A stretch of DNA of 64,000 nucleotides from an uncultured bacterium. GTDB taxonomy: Bacteria; Oederibacteriota; PGYV01; CAWJRG01. Below, in pieces: positions 19,830 through 29,357 of the stretch. Under the pieces are notes generated by a model that was given only the letters and a program-made list of their open reading frames with translations, made no database searches and was not told the DNA's origin. Each line of letters opens with the position of its first letter. Within the stretch, counting starts at the first letter, position 1. The position numbers and the translations under genes are program-made. Where the stretch lies: assembly GCA_963845185.1 (NCBI GenBank), contig CAWJRG010000010.1, forward strand, positions 576,001 through 640,000, written 5' to 3'.

Positions 19830-21671
19830 TCATATTTTCGGTGCTATATTCTGCATGAATAAATCTTTGAATTTTTTATCATAATTTGCTTTTGTCAAAA
19901 GCCTGTCTATCTGTGTAAGTACGGAGGCTATGATTTCGTTTTTTGCTTCTTTGCCAAGTGTTTTCTCGGTTTCCCTTAATCTTTCTTCAAAAATTTCGCG
20001 TAACGTTTCAAAAAAGCTTTTTGACGCTTCTTCTTCCGGCATCTTTAACGCGCCTACATTTGACGCCACCTGTGCAACATCCAAGGAACCGTCAGATTTT
20101 AATTTTCCTTCTTTGTTATATCTTGCCTTTTGCAATACATCATAGTGCTTGCTAGTTGCGTTTGTTGCAACTTTAAAAAACATATTTTCTGCGTCATTAC
20201 GGTTTATCCTCTTGCCGTATATATCAAGGAAGATTTTCTGCGATATCTCAAAAATCTGCATTAGGGCTATCCTTCCGTCCTTGCTAACAGCAACATTCTC
20301 CATTGCCTTTTTTAGTGCCAGTTCTTTCTTTTTTTCCTCTTTTTCTTTTTTCGCAGCTTCAAGCTTGGCAATTATTTCTTTTTTCTTACTTTCCTTTTCT
20401 TCTTCTATTTCTTTTCGGAGCTCTATTTTCATCTTTTCCCTTAGCTCCGGCTCCACTTTTGCCTTTATGCGTGCTTCATCTTCTTTATTAGCTTCCTCTG
20501 ATTTTTTCATTTCCTGGGCTTTTCTTAACTGCTGTTCTTTCTTTATTCTTTCCTGCTCTGCCTGTATTTTCTTAAACTCTTCCGAGTCTCTTATATCCTG
20601 CAGTTGCTTGCGCAAATCTTCCATTTTCCTTTTTTCGCGTTCCTCAAACTCTTTCTGCAGTTCCTGTTTCATTTTTTCCTTTAATTCTCGTTCTAATTTC
20701 TCTTTTTCCCGTTCTTCCTCCATCTTGCTTATTTCAACTGATTTCTTTAATTCCAGCATTTGTTTGCTTAATTCTTTTTCTCTTCGCTTATCGTGCTCTT
20801 CAAATTCCCTTAGAAGCTCTTTCCTCATTCTCTCTTTCAAATCCTGTTCAATAATTGCTTTCCTGTTCTCTTCTTCTGCTTTTGTAATTTCATTGCCTTT
20901 TTTAAGTTCGTTAAGCTCTTTTTGTATTTCTTCACTCCTTATCTTTTCCCTTTCGTCAAATTCACGCTTTAATTCCTCGCGTACTTTATCTTTTAATTCA
21001 TCCTCGTATTTTTCCTTTTTTAAATCGTCCATTCTCCTGATTTCTTGTATCTGTTTTAATAATTCTTCTCTTTTTTTCTGTTCCTCTTGTGCAAACTGGC
21101 GTAAAAGCTCATCCTTTAACTTATCTGCCAGTTCCAGCTCATGCTGTTTCCGTCTTTCCTCCTCCATTTGCTTGAAAAGATCAAGCCTTTGCTGTAATTC
21201 TTCCCTTCGGATTTTCTCCTTTTCAATTACTTCCTCCCTTATTCTCTCCTCAAGCTCGTTTCTTGTCGCCTCTATCCTGTCCCTTGCTTCTGCTTCAATT
21301 TCTCCTTTTAGTTCATTTTCTATTTTAACCCTTAGTTCTTCTTCAAGGTGCCTTTTAAGTTCCTCCACATCAATGGCGGGCTCGACAACGGCCGCAGCTT
21401 TTTTTTCGGCTTCTTTAATGGCCTCACGCTCAATTTCACGCTCAACTTCTTCGCGTACCTCACGTTCAATCTCCACGTCAAGTTCTTTTTTCACTTCGAG
21501 CTCAATTTCATCAAGCGTTCCCTGTTTCATAGCCTGTTTGATTTCTTCTTCTATTTCATGCTCGATATCATCTTCAAGCTCGTGTTCCATTTGCCTTTTT
21601 AAACTTTCGCGCTCGGCTTCAAATTCGCGTAAAAGCGCCTCTTCCTCTTCTGATAATCTTCTTTTTGCCAT
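19830..21671 (-). CDS. Unknown coiled-coil protein, paralogue 2 (613 aa)
   Basis: Same architecture, longer repeat region. Confidence 0.85.
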   Translation of the reverse strand: MAKRRLSEEEEALLREFEAERESLKRQMEHELEDDIEHEIEEEIKQAMKQGTLDEIELEVKKELDVEIEREVREEVEREIEREAIKEAEKKAAAVVEPAIDVEELKRHLEEELRVKIENELKGEIEAEARDRIEATRNELEERIREEVIEKEKIRREELQQRLDLFKQMEEERRKQHELELADKLKDELLRQFAQEEQKKREELLKQIQEIRRMDDLKKEKYEDELKDKVREELKREFDEREKIRSEEIQKELNELKKGNEITKAEEENRKAIIEQDLKERMRKELLREFEEHDKRREKELSKQMLELKKSVEISKMEEEREKEKLERELKEKMKQELQKEFEEREKRKMEDLRKQLQDIRDSEEFKKIQAEQERIKKEQQLRKAQEMKKSEEANKEDEARIKAKVEPELREKMKIELRKEIEEEKESKKKEIIAKLEAAKKEKEEKKKELALKKAMENVAVSKDGRIALMQIFEISQKIFLDIYGKRINRNDAENMFFKVATNATSKHYDVLQKARYNKEGKLKSDGSLDVAQVASNVGALKMPEEEASKSFFETLREIFEERLRETEKTLGKEAKNEIIASVLTQIDRLLTKANYDKKFKDLFMQNIAPKI

Positions 21672-21792
21672 TTTATTTCCTTTTTCTTATAAGTAATATT
21701 TACTGGCTTAACATACAAAACATACGATTTTGAAATAACTTCAATAAATTAATAATTTTAATTTAATGATTACTCACTACCTGCCCTTAACA

Positions 21793-22674
21793 TCATTCCC
21801 CTGGTTTTATAGCGGTACTTGGAACTACAAAATCCATAAATATACTCTTGACTTTTTGTGTAAACAAAACATTCTCAGTTATTTTTCCAAACTGCCGGAA
21901 CAGCTTTGACATAATTTCATTTTTAACCTGGCTCCCAAGCGCAATTTCAATTGCTATGAGCCTTTCTTCAAATATATCTTCAAGCGCTTCAATAACTTTT
22001 TTAGTTTTAATATCCTCTCCGCCCTGAAGTGCGTTAATATTGGCTATTAGCCTGCCTGCTTCTATTATACCGTCATTCTTTAATTTTCCGTTTTGATTAT
22101 AATCAACCTTCTTTAAAACTTCATTATGTTTTTCAATTGCTTGTTCAAGGGTTTTTAAAAACATTGTATTGACCGGTTTCTTCTTTATAAGTTTGCCGAG
22201 CAATTCGGCCAAAATCTTTTGTGCACGGTCAAAAAGCTGTATCAGGGCAATCCTTTCGCCATATGTCATTGTAAAATTTATACTATCCTGCATATTTTGA
22301 ACTTCACGTTTATCTGGGTTCTGCTGGTCTGTTTTTTGTTCAACCACGGAATTTTCTTTTTTTGACCCGGATAAAGCTTCTGCCAGTTTCTCCCTGTCGA
22401 TTACGAGATAACCTGCAAACCCGCCCTTTGTTTCTTCCTCTTTTTTTATTAATTCTCTTTCCACTTCAAATTGTTTTAACAATTCTTCTTCATCGACAGA
22501 TAGCTCTTTTTTAGCTGTATCATCAGTGTGCTTATGTATGGATTCTTTTTCTTCACCGTTTAATATCTTTTTTGCCTTGTCGGCATCTACTTTTTCAATT
22601 TGTTCACCGAACAAAATAGAAACAATGTCGGTAAAATCTATTTTGTAATCGTCGTTTTCCGGCATAAAATTCAT
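21793..22674 (-). CDS. Unknown protein, paralogue 3 (293 aa, no long coil)
   Basis: LSVDEEELLKQFEVERE motif and the IFEERL-containing C-terminal domain. Confidence 0.85.
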   Translation of the reverse strand: MNFMPENDDYKIDFTDIVSILFGEQIEKVDADKAKKILNGEEKESIHKHTDDTAKKELSVDEEELLKQFEVERELIKKEEETKGGFAGYLVIDREKLAEALSGSKKENSVVEQKTDQQNPDKREVQNMQDSINFTMTYGERIALIQLFDRAQKILAELLGKLIKKKPVNTMFLKTLEQAIEKHNEVLKKVDYNQNGKLKNDGIIEAGRLIANINALQGGEDIKTKKVIEALEDIFEERLIAIEIALGSQVKNEIMSKLFRQFGKITENVLFTQKVKSIFMDFVVPSTAIKPGE

Positions 22675-22803
22675 CCCTTTTTGCGTTAAAATTCAAGCAT
22701 TTGAAGTTAATTTATCATAATAACTGTACCATGTCAATCAGTGGTTATATTTTGTTTTTGTACTTTACTGCAATGAACCCGGAGTAGCATCTTATCACTG
22801 TTC

Positions 22804-25014
22804 TTAATTGTCTGTTTTTTCAAGACCGCCATATTTTGCCGATATCAATTTTTTGCCGTATTTATTAAAATTTATGGTAAGTTTTAGGTCGTCACCGTAT
22901 GACTCGACTTTCATGATTGTACCCGTACCCATTTTCTTATGCTTAACTGTTTCCCCTGGTTTATAAGGTATATCTATATCCGACGGCATATCAAGGTATT
23001 CTGTATCAATATCCCGGATTGTATCAATTATATCGCCGTTTTCAAGATATTTTTCCTTTACCGCATTAATCGGCATCCTGCCCTTATAGTCAATCAACTC
23101 GGCTGGTATTTCATTCAAAAATCTTGAAACTGTGCCCATTTTTTTTGTACCAAACTGTCTTCTTGCCACTGCACTTAATAAATATAATTTTTTCTTTGCC
23201 CTTGTTATACCCACATAACACAGCCGTCTTTCCTCTTCAATACCACCCGGCTCTTCCATACAATTCCTGTGAGGGAAAAGATTTTCATCCATGCCTGTCA
23301 TAAAGACAACGCTGAATTCAAGTCCCTTTGCGCTGTGCAGAGTCATCAGTGTCACTGCGTTAGCATCTTTATCCCATTTATCAAAATCAGTCATTAAGGC
23401 TACCTGCCCGAGAAAATCCTGAAGATTCGTTTCTTCGCCTCTTTCCTCGTATTCCGCAAGCGCGGATACAAGCTCTTTTATATTTTCAACTCTGTCTTTG
23501 GCCTTTATTGACGTATCGTTTTGCCAGTAGTCAAGATAACCCGTTGAAACCAGTATGGCGTTGAGTATTTCGGTTGGTTTCATTTTATCTTTTCGCGCGT
23601 TAAGTTCTTTTATTAAGGCATGTAATTGTTTTATTGCTGTTTTTGCTGAATCCTTAACGTCGATAATTTCATCCACAACGTTTAAGCCTTCAAACAGCGA
23701 CATATTGTTTTTAAAGATATGCTCCTCAATTTTTGATACAGTAGTATCCCCTATGCCTCTAGGCGGTACGTTTATTATCCTTTTAAAACTGATAACATCA
23801 AAAGGGTTTGCAATTATCCTTAGATATGCCACCAGATCCTTTATTTCCATTCTTGCGTAAAATTGAGTGCCCCCAATCAGCTTGTACGGAACTCCTGCAC
23901 GCCTGAATTTATCTTCAAATATCCTTGACTGCGCGTTTGTCCTGTAAAAAATAGCCATATCTTTAAGCTCTACATCAGAGTGCGAGAGCAAACTTGCTAC
24001 TTCATTTATAATAAAATCGGCTTCGTCGCCTTCGTCATCTGCGTAATAAAAAACAATTTTATCGCCATCTTCGTTCTTGCTCCACAATTCTTTGTCTTTT
24101 CTTTCCTTATTATTTGTTATCACTGCATGTGCAGCTTTCAAAATGTTTTTTGTCGATCTGTAATTCTGTTCAAGCCTGATAACTTTTGTTTCCTTGTAAT
24201 CTTCCTCAAATTCAAGTATGTTTGTAATATCTGCACCACGGAACCTGTATATGCTCTGATCGTCGTCGCCAACCACACAGATATTCTTATATTTTTCAGC
24301 AAGAAGCGAAATCAAGACATATTGGGAATTATTTATATCCTGATATTCATCAATAAGTATATACCTAAACCTTTCCCTGTAAAGTTGCAGTGTGTCCGGA
24401 TCATTTTTAAAAAGTTTTATAGGCTTGATTATGAGATCGTCAAAGTCAAAGGCATTATTGCGTTTAAGCTTATCTTCGTAAATTGAATATATTTTAGAAA
24501 CTGCGTCTCCTTCTATTGTATTTGAATATTCTTTTTCGTATTCATCCGGAGTCACAAGTTGGTTTTTTATATCCTGTATCAGCTTTATAACTTTGTATGG
24601 TTTTATCTCCTTTTCGGAAATTCTCGCCTCGTGCATGCATTCTTTTACAAGTCTTTCCCTATCATCCTCGTCAAAAACAGAAAAGCTGTTTGTAAAACCA
24701 AGTTTGCCTGCTTGCTTCCTCAATATCCTGCTTCCAAAAGAATGAAATGTACTCATCCAGATTTTACCAGCAGGTTGTCCCACGACGTTTTGTATTCTTT
24801 GTTTCATTTCATCAGCAGCCTTGTTCGTGAATGTAACAGCCAGAATATTATCGGGGCTTATTTTATATTCAGATATAAGATAAGCTATTCTGTATGTTAT
24901 TACCCTTGTTTTTCCACTGCCGGCTCCGGCTAAAATCAAAAGCGGGCCGTCCTTATGCTTTACTGCTTCAAGCTGTTGTTCATTAAGCAAAGTTTCTAAT
25001 TTCAAATTTTTCAC
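22804..25014 (-). CDS. pcrA: ATP-dependent DNA helicase PcrA/UvrD
   Basis: LAGAGSGKT, TFTNKAA, DEYQD, LEQNYRS, TLHSAKGLEF, EERRL; GTG start. Confidence 0.97.
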   Translation of the reverse strand: MKNLKLETLLNEQQLEAVKHKDGPLLILAGAGSGKTRVITYRIAYLISEYKISPDNILAVTFTNKAADEMKQRIQNVVGQPAGKIWMSTFHSFGSRILRKQAGKLGFTNSFSVFDEDDRERLVKECMHEARISEKEIKPYKVIKLIQDIKNQLVTPDEYEKEYSNTIEGDAVSKIYSIYEDKLKRNNAFDFDDLIIKPIKLFKNDPDTLQLYRERFRYILIDEYQDINNSQYVLISLLAEKYKNICVVGDDDQSIYRFRGADITNILEFEEDYKETKVIRLEQNYRSTKNILKAAHAVITNNKERKDKELWSKNEDGDKIVFYYADDEGDEADFIINEVASLLSHSDVELKDMAIFYRTNAQSRIFEDKFRRAGVPYKLIGGTQFYARMEIKDLVAYLRIIANPFDVISFKRIINVPPRGIGDTTVSKIEEHIFKNNMSLFEGLNVVDEIIDVKDSAKTAIKQLHALIKELNARKDKMKPTEILNAILVSTGYLDYWQNDTSIKAKDRVENIKELVSALAEYEERGEETNLQDFLGQVALMTDFDKWDKDANAVTLMTLHSAKGLEFSVVFMTGMDENLFPHRNCMEEPGGIEEERRLCYVGITRAKKKLYLLSAVARRQFGTKKMGTVSRFLNEIPAELIDYKGRMPINAVKEKYLENGDIIDTIRDIDTEYLDMPSDIDIPYKPGETVKHKKMGTGTIMKVESYGDDLKLTINFNKYGKKLISAKYGGLEKTDN

Positions 25015-25211
25015 CTTGTTAATAATTTTTAAATGGAATTATTATAATATAAAATTTAAAAATGCATTTTAATGGACAGGTTTGTTTAATTATAATGTTT
25101 AATAAAGGTTTGTCAAGAAAGTAAGTTCTGTAATTTTACAAAATTTTGTAAGGCTTCTAAAATTACCGCATGCTGCATAATGATATGTTTGTCAATAGCG
25201 TTACATATTGA

Positions 25212-26438
25212 TCAATTCATTTCTTCCTTATATTTTTCCTTTATAGCCCTGATTATGTCGTATACTGAAAAGAAAATATCCACAATTTCAGGATCAAAAT
25301 GTTTGCCTTTATTTTCTTTTATATAATCAAGAACCCTTCCTTCCTCCCAGGCATCCTTATACACTCTTTTCGAAATTAAAGCGTCATAAACGTCGGCCAA
25401 GCCGACAATCCTTGCTGTGACTGGTATCTGATTTTCTTTCTTGCCCATTTTTAATGTTATCGGGCCATTGTTAACATTGTCAATCACTCCGGGATATCCT
25501 GTGCCGTCCCACTTTTCATGATGATTAAGCGCGACCTCGGCGGACATAAAATCAAGTTCTGAATCTGACTGTTCAAAAAACCTCGCCCCATAAATTGTAT
25601 GCAGCTTCATTATATTGTACTCTTCCTCATCAAGTTTCCCCGGCTTTTTAAGGATTTTATCCGAAATCGCAATTTTACCTACATCGTGGAGCATCGAAGC
25701 AATCCTAAGCTTATCCTTAAATCTCCTTACAAGTTCCTGGGGAAAATCCCTCTGCTCAGCCCATTTATTGTAAATTTCAATCGTATATGACGACATCCTG
25801 TTCACATGTTCGCCTGTTTCCTTGGGATCCCTGAATTCAACCATTCTAATCATTCGCAAAACCATGGCCCTTGTTAATTTTGCCTTGTCTATAGCTATTG
25901 AGGCACTGTTGGCCAGGTATGTCACGTACATTACGTCTTCGTTGTTAAAGACCCTAGGTTTGCCTTTTTCATCGCGCGCATTTATTACTTGTAGCACGCC
26001 TATTACCCTGTTCATTGAGGTCTTAAGAGGCATTGTTAAAACCGATCTTGTCCTGTAATCGGATGACTCGTCAAATGATTTATCAAAGCCAAAAGATGAT
26101 TTTGCGCCTATCTTATATGCATCGGATATGTTAAGGGATTCCGACTTCAAAGCGACATAACCCGCTATTGAAGTGTTGTTTATTTCAATAAAATGATCTA
26201 AGTATTTATATTTATTTGCCGGACTTTTTTTAAAAAGCTTGTCATTCTGAATATAACTTATTTTTAATTTATTGTCTTCGCATAAAAATATAGTCCCGCC
26301 TTCTGCGTTTGTGACTTTCCTTACTCTGAATAAAACCATATCAAGAAGTTCGTCAATATCTGCGATATTATTTATCTCTTCAGTTACTTTTAAAACATTT
26401 TTCATCATTTCTTCAAAGCGCGTTGTTTTTATGCTCAT
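25212..26438 (-). CDS. GAF + HD-GYP phosphodiesterase (probably c-di-GMP)
   Basis: N-terminal GAF; HDVGK, HHEKWDGTGYP, ADVYDAL; ATGA overlap with the upstream stop. Confidence 0.9.
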   Translation of the reverse strand: MSIKTTRFEEMMKNVLKVTEEINNIADIDELLDMVLFRVRKVTNAEGGTIFLCEDNKLKISYIQNDKLFKKSPANKYKYLDHFIEINNTSIAGYVALKSESLNISDAYKIGAKSSFGFDKSFDESSDYRTRSVLTMPLKTSMNRVIGVLQVINARDEKGKPRVFNNEDVMYVTYLANSASIAIDKAKLTRAMVLRMIRMVEFRDPKETGEHVNRMSSYTIEIYNKWAEQRDFPQELVRRFKDKLRIASMLHDVGKIAISDKILKKPGKLDEEEYNIMKLHTIYGARFFEQSDSELDFMSAEVALNHHEKWDGTGYPGVIDNVNNGPITLKMGKKENQIPVTARIVGLADVYDALISKRVYKDAWEEGRVLDYIKENKGKHFDPEIVDIFFSVYDIIRAIKEKYKEEMN

Positions 26439-26845
26439 GATTGTAATCCTTTTTTGCTTTGGACGTGCTCTTTCATTATGCACTTGTCCATTACAACATC
26501 TATTTCGTTTTTTCTAGCTATATCGGCTGCTTCCTCGTTTATAATGTTTTCCTGCATCCATATAGCCTTTGGCTTAATTTTAATTGCTTCCTCGACAACA
26601 GGCATAACTTCTTCGGAACGTCTGAAAATAACAACCATATCAACATGCTCCTTTATATCCTTAAGATTCCTGTAAACAGGCTCACCCAGTATTATTTCTT
26701 CTCTAGGGTAAACCGGTATTATTTTATAACCCTGTGACTGCATATATTCTGACACTATATTCGAAGCTCGCTCAGGTTTTGGCGACAAACCAACCACTGC
26801 AATTGTTTTTGTGTATTTTAATAATTTATTTATATTAGCATCCAT
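26435..26845 (-). CDS. CoA-binding domain protein (YccU-like)
   Basis: IAVVGLSPKPERAS, VDMVVIFR, WMQ, VVMDKC. Confidence 0.88.
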   Translation of the reverse strand: MDANINKLLKYTKTIAVVGLSPKPERASNIVSEYMQSQGYKIIPVYPREEIILGEPVYRNLKDIKEHVDMVVIFRRSEEVMPVVEEAIKIKPKAIWMQENIINEEAADIARKNEIDVVMDKCIMKEHVQSKKGLQS

Positions 26846-26911
26846 TTTCAATCCTTACTAAATACTTTACATATATTATAACAAAATATTTAAATTTTTG
26901 CAAGTTTATTT

Positions 26912-27964
26912 TCATTTCCTAAATATGAATCCAGAACCAATAACACAATCATTTTTATAAAATACACAAAGTTGACCAGGTGTAACTGCAAATTGTGGTT
27001 CATGAAATTCTATTTTCCCAAGGTTTTCGGATAAATCTATTTCTGCCATGCTTGGTTTACTTTTATATCTGATTTTTACTTCAGCCTTAAACTTGCGGTT
27101 TTTATAATTAACGCAAAATAAATTAATATTTGTAATAATAAAATTATTTGAATATACCTTTTCTTTTTCGCCTATTATCACCCTCTTTTTTTTAGCGTCT
27201 ATTTCAACTACATAAAGCGGCCTGCCTGCAGCATACCTAAGCCCTTTACGCTGTCCTATTGTGTATTTAAAATAAGCCTCATCAATGCCCCCAAGTTTAT
27301 CCCCTTCGACAGAATAAAATGCGCCTTTTTCAACTTCTTTTAAATCCCTATTTTTTAAAATAAACTCATATGGTGTTTCCTTATCCTGCAAAAAACAAAC
27401 TTCCTGGCTTTCTTTCTTGCTCGTATCGAAACCCATATCGTTGGCTGTTTTTTTTACTTTTTCTTTGGTAAGCTCGCCCAGTGGAAATTTTATATACTTA
27501 AGATCCTTTGATTTAATCATACTTAAAAAATATTCCTGGGACTTTTTGTCGTCCGCACCTTTTTTTAAACAGTATTTGCCATTTTCCTTCTCAATACGCG
27601 CGTAGTGCCCGGTCGCAACATAATCAAATCCTATTTCCTTCATTTTTTTAATTAAAAACTTGAATTTAATCCTCTCGTTGCATATGACGCAGGGGTTTGG
27701 GGTTTTGCCTTTTAGATAATCGGAGATAAAATAGTTGACTACTTGTTTTTTGAATTCGCGCTTAGCGTTAATAACATAATGTTTAATGCCTAGTTTCCAG
27801 CAAGCTTTTTTCGCATCCATTATATCATCATAATCGCAGCAGCGTGACGCGCCATCCCATAGCTTTAGCGTCATGCCTATTACGTCATTACCCTGGCTTT
27901 TTAATATGGCAGCCGCTGTTGTCGAATCTATTCCGCCGCTCATTCCAATTATTATTTTTGACAT
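26912..27964 (-). CDS. mnmA: tRNA 2-thiouridylase
   Basis: MSGGIDS, TPNPCVICN, ATGHYA, TIGQRKGL, TPGQ. Confidence 0.96.
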   Translation of the reverse strand: MSKIIIGMSGGIDSTTAAAILKSQGNDVIGMTLKLWDGASRCCDYDDIMDAKKACWKLGIKHYVINAKREFKKQVVNYFISDYLKGKTPNPCVICNERIKFKFLIKKMKEIGFDYVATGHYARIEKENGKYCLKKGADDKKSQEYFLSMIKSKDLKYIKFPLGELTKEKVKKTANDMGFDTSKKESQEVCFLQDKETPYEFILKNRDLKEVEKGAFYSVEGDKLGGIDEAYFKYTIGQRKGLRYAAGRPLYVVEIDAKKKRVIIGEKEKVYSNNFIITNINLFCVNYKNRKFKAEVKIRYKSKPSMAEIDLSENLGKIEFHEPQFAVTPGQLCVFYKNDCVIGSGFIFRK

Positions 27965-28006
27965 AATTGGTTAACCTGTTAAAACTCAAAATCCAAATTT
28001 GACATG

Positions 28007-28381
28007 TTATTTGTGTTTGCTTTTATAATCTTCAATCGCAGCTTTTATGCCGTCCTCTGCAAGCAGTGAGCAGTGAAGTTTCTCCTTAGGCAGGCCTCCT
28101 AGAATTTCCACGATGCGCTTGTTTGTAACTTCAAGCGCCTCTTCTATTGTTTTGCCTTTGACAAGGTCTGTGGCAAGCGACGATGTTGCTATTGCAGCAA
28201 CGCATCCGAAAGTCTCAAACTTGCAATCTGTTATTTTGCCGTCATCAATTTTGATATATATCCACATTACATCCCCGCAAATAGGATTTCCGACTTTTCC
28301 TATTCCGTCGGCATTTTCAATTCTTCCCATATTTTTCATGTTTTTAAAATATTCCATTGTCTTCGGCGTGTACTGTAACAT
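28007..28381 (-). CDS. iscU: Fe-S scaffold IscU/NifU-N
   Basis: GNPICGD, FGCVAAIA, KLHCS. Confidence 0.93.
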   Translation of the reverse strand: MLQYTPKTMEYFKNMKNMGRIENADGIGKVGNPICGDVMWIYIKIDDGKITDCKFETFGCVAAIATSSLATDLVKGKTIEEALEVTNKRIVEILGGLPKEKLHCSLLAEDGIKAAIEDYKSKHK

Positions 28382-28405
28382 ATCTTTACCTCCTGATATC
28401 TGAAA

Positions 28406-29314
28406 TTACATCTTTACCATTCTTTCTATAGGAATTATTGCTTTCCTTATTATTTCCTCACTGATCTTGATTTCGGTGACTTCGTTCAAAAGTGATTTAT
28501 ATACATGCTCAAGCCTTGTAAGTTTCATATTAAAACATACCTGTGCGTTTCCAAGCGAAAAAAATTCGGCATCAGGTCTTTCCTTTTTAAGCCTGTGAAT
28601 ATGTCCCTCCTCGGTTCCTATTACGAATTTTTTTGCCGTGCTTTCCTTGACATACTTAATCATACCTGCGGTTGAAGCCACAACGTCTACAAGATCCAGT
28701 ACTTCAAGAAGGCATTCTGGATGCGCTAATATCTTTGCGTCCGGATGCGCTTTTCTTGCGTTCAATACATCTTCCTTTGTAAATTTCTGATGAACATAAC
28801 ACCTGCCGTTATGAACTATCAGTTCTTTTTCAGGCACATTTTTTTGTACCCACAGACCAAGGTTTCTGTCGGGCAAAAAAACAATCTTCTTGTTTTCTAT
28901 CTTTCTGACTATATCCACAGCATTCGCTGATGTTACGCAATAATCAAGTTTGGCCTTCACTACGGCGGTTGTGTTTACATACCCGACTAAGGCAGCATCC
29001 GTGTACTTCTTCCTGTATTCTTCCACTTCTTCCGGTGAAATGCATTCAGCCAGCTGGCATCCGGCGTCCTCCCGCGGTATTAAAACTTTTTTCTGCGGCG
29101 TTAGAATTTTTGCTGTCTCAGCCATGAATTTAACGCCACAAAAAACAATTATTTTTTCCTTGGCTACCGCGCATTTACGCGAGAGTTCGAGTGAATCACC
29201 TGTGAAATCAGCTATATCCTGCACGTCTGAAATCTGGTAATTATGCGCCACAATTAACGCATTCTTTTCTATTTTTAACTCTCTTATTTTATCAATGAGT
29301 TGCTCTTTTTCCAT
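28406..29314 (-). CDS. nadA: Quinolinate synthase
   Basis: AHNYQ, GDSL, CGVKFMAE, YVNT, HPEC. Confidence 0.96.
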   Translation of the reverse strand: MEKEQLIDKIRELKIEKNALIVAHNYQISDVQDIADFTGDSLELSRKCAVAKEKIIVFCGVKFMAETAKILTPQKKVLIPREDAGCQLAECISPEEVEEYRKKYTDAALVGYVNTTAVVKAKLDYCVTSANAVDIVRKIENKKIVFLPDRNLGLWVQKNVPEKELIVHNGRCYVHQKFTKEDVLNARKAHPDAKILAHPECLLEVLDLVDVVASTAGMIKYVKESTAKKFVIGTEEGHIHRLKKERPDAEFFSLGNAQVCFNMKLTRLEHVYKSLLNEVTEIKISEEIIRKAIIPIERMVKM

Positions 29315-29357
29315 GTTTTACTCCTCCAGTATCATTTGTCTTGTTAAGTGATATTTA

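Noticed and set aside
18816..21696. Long Ser/Phe/Leu-rich plus-strand ORFs (348 and 515 aa)
   Set aside because: Antisense shadows of the GAA/AAA-rich coiled-coil genes; no independent signal.
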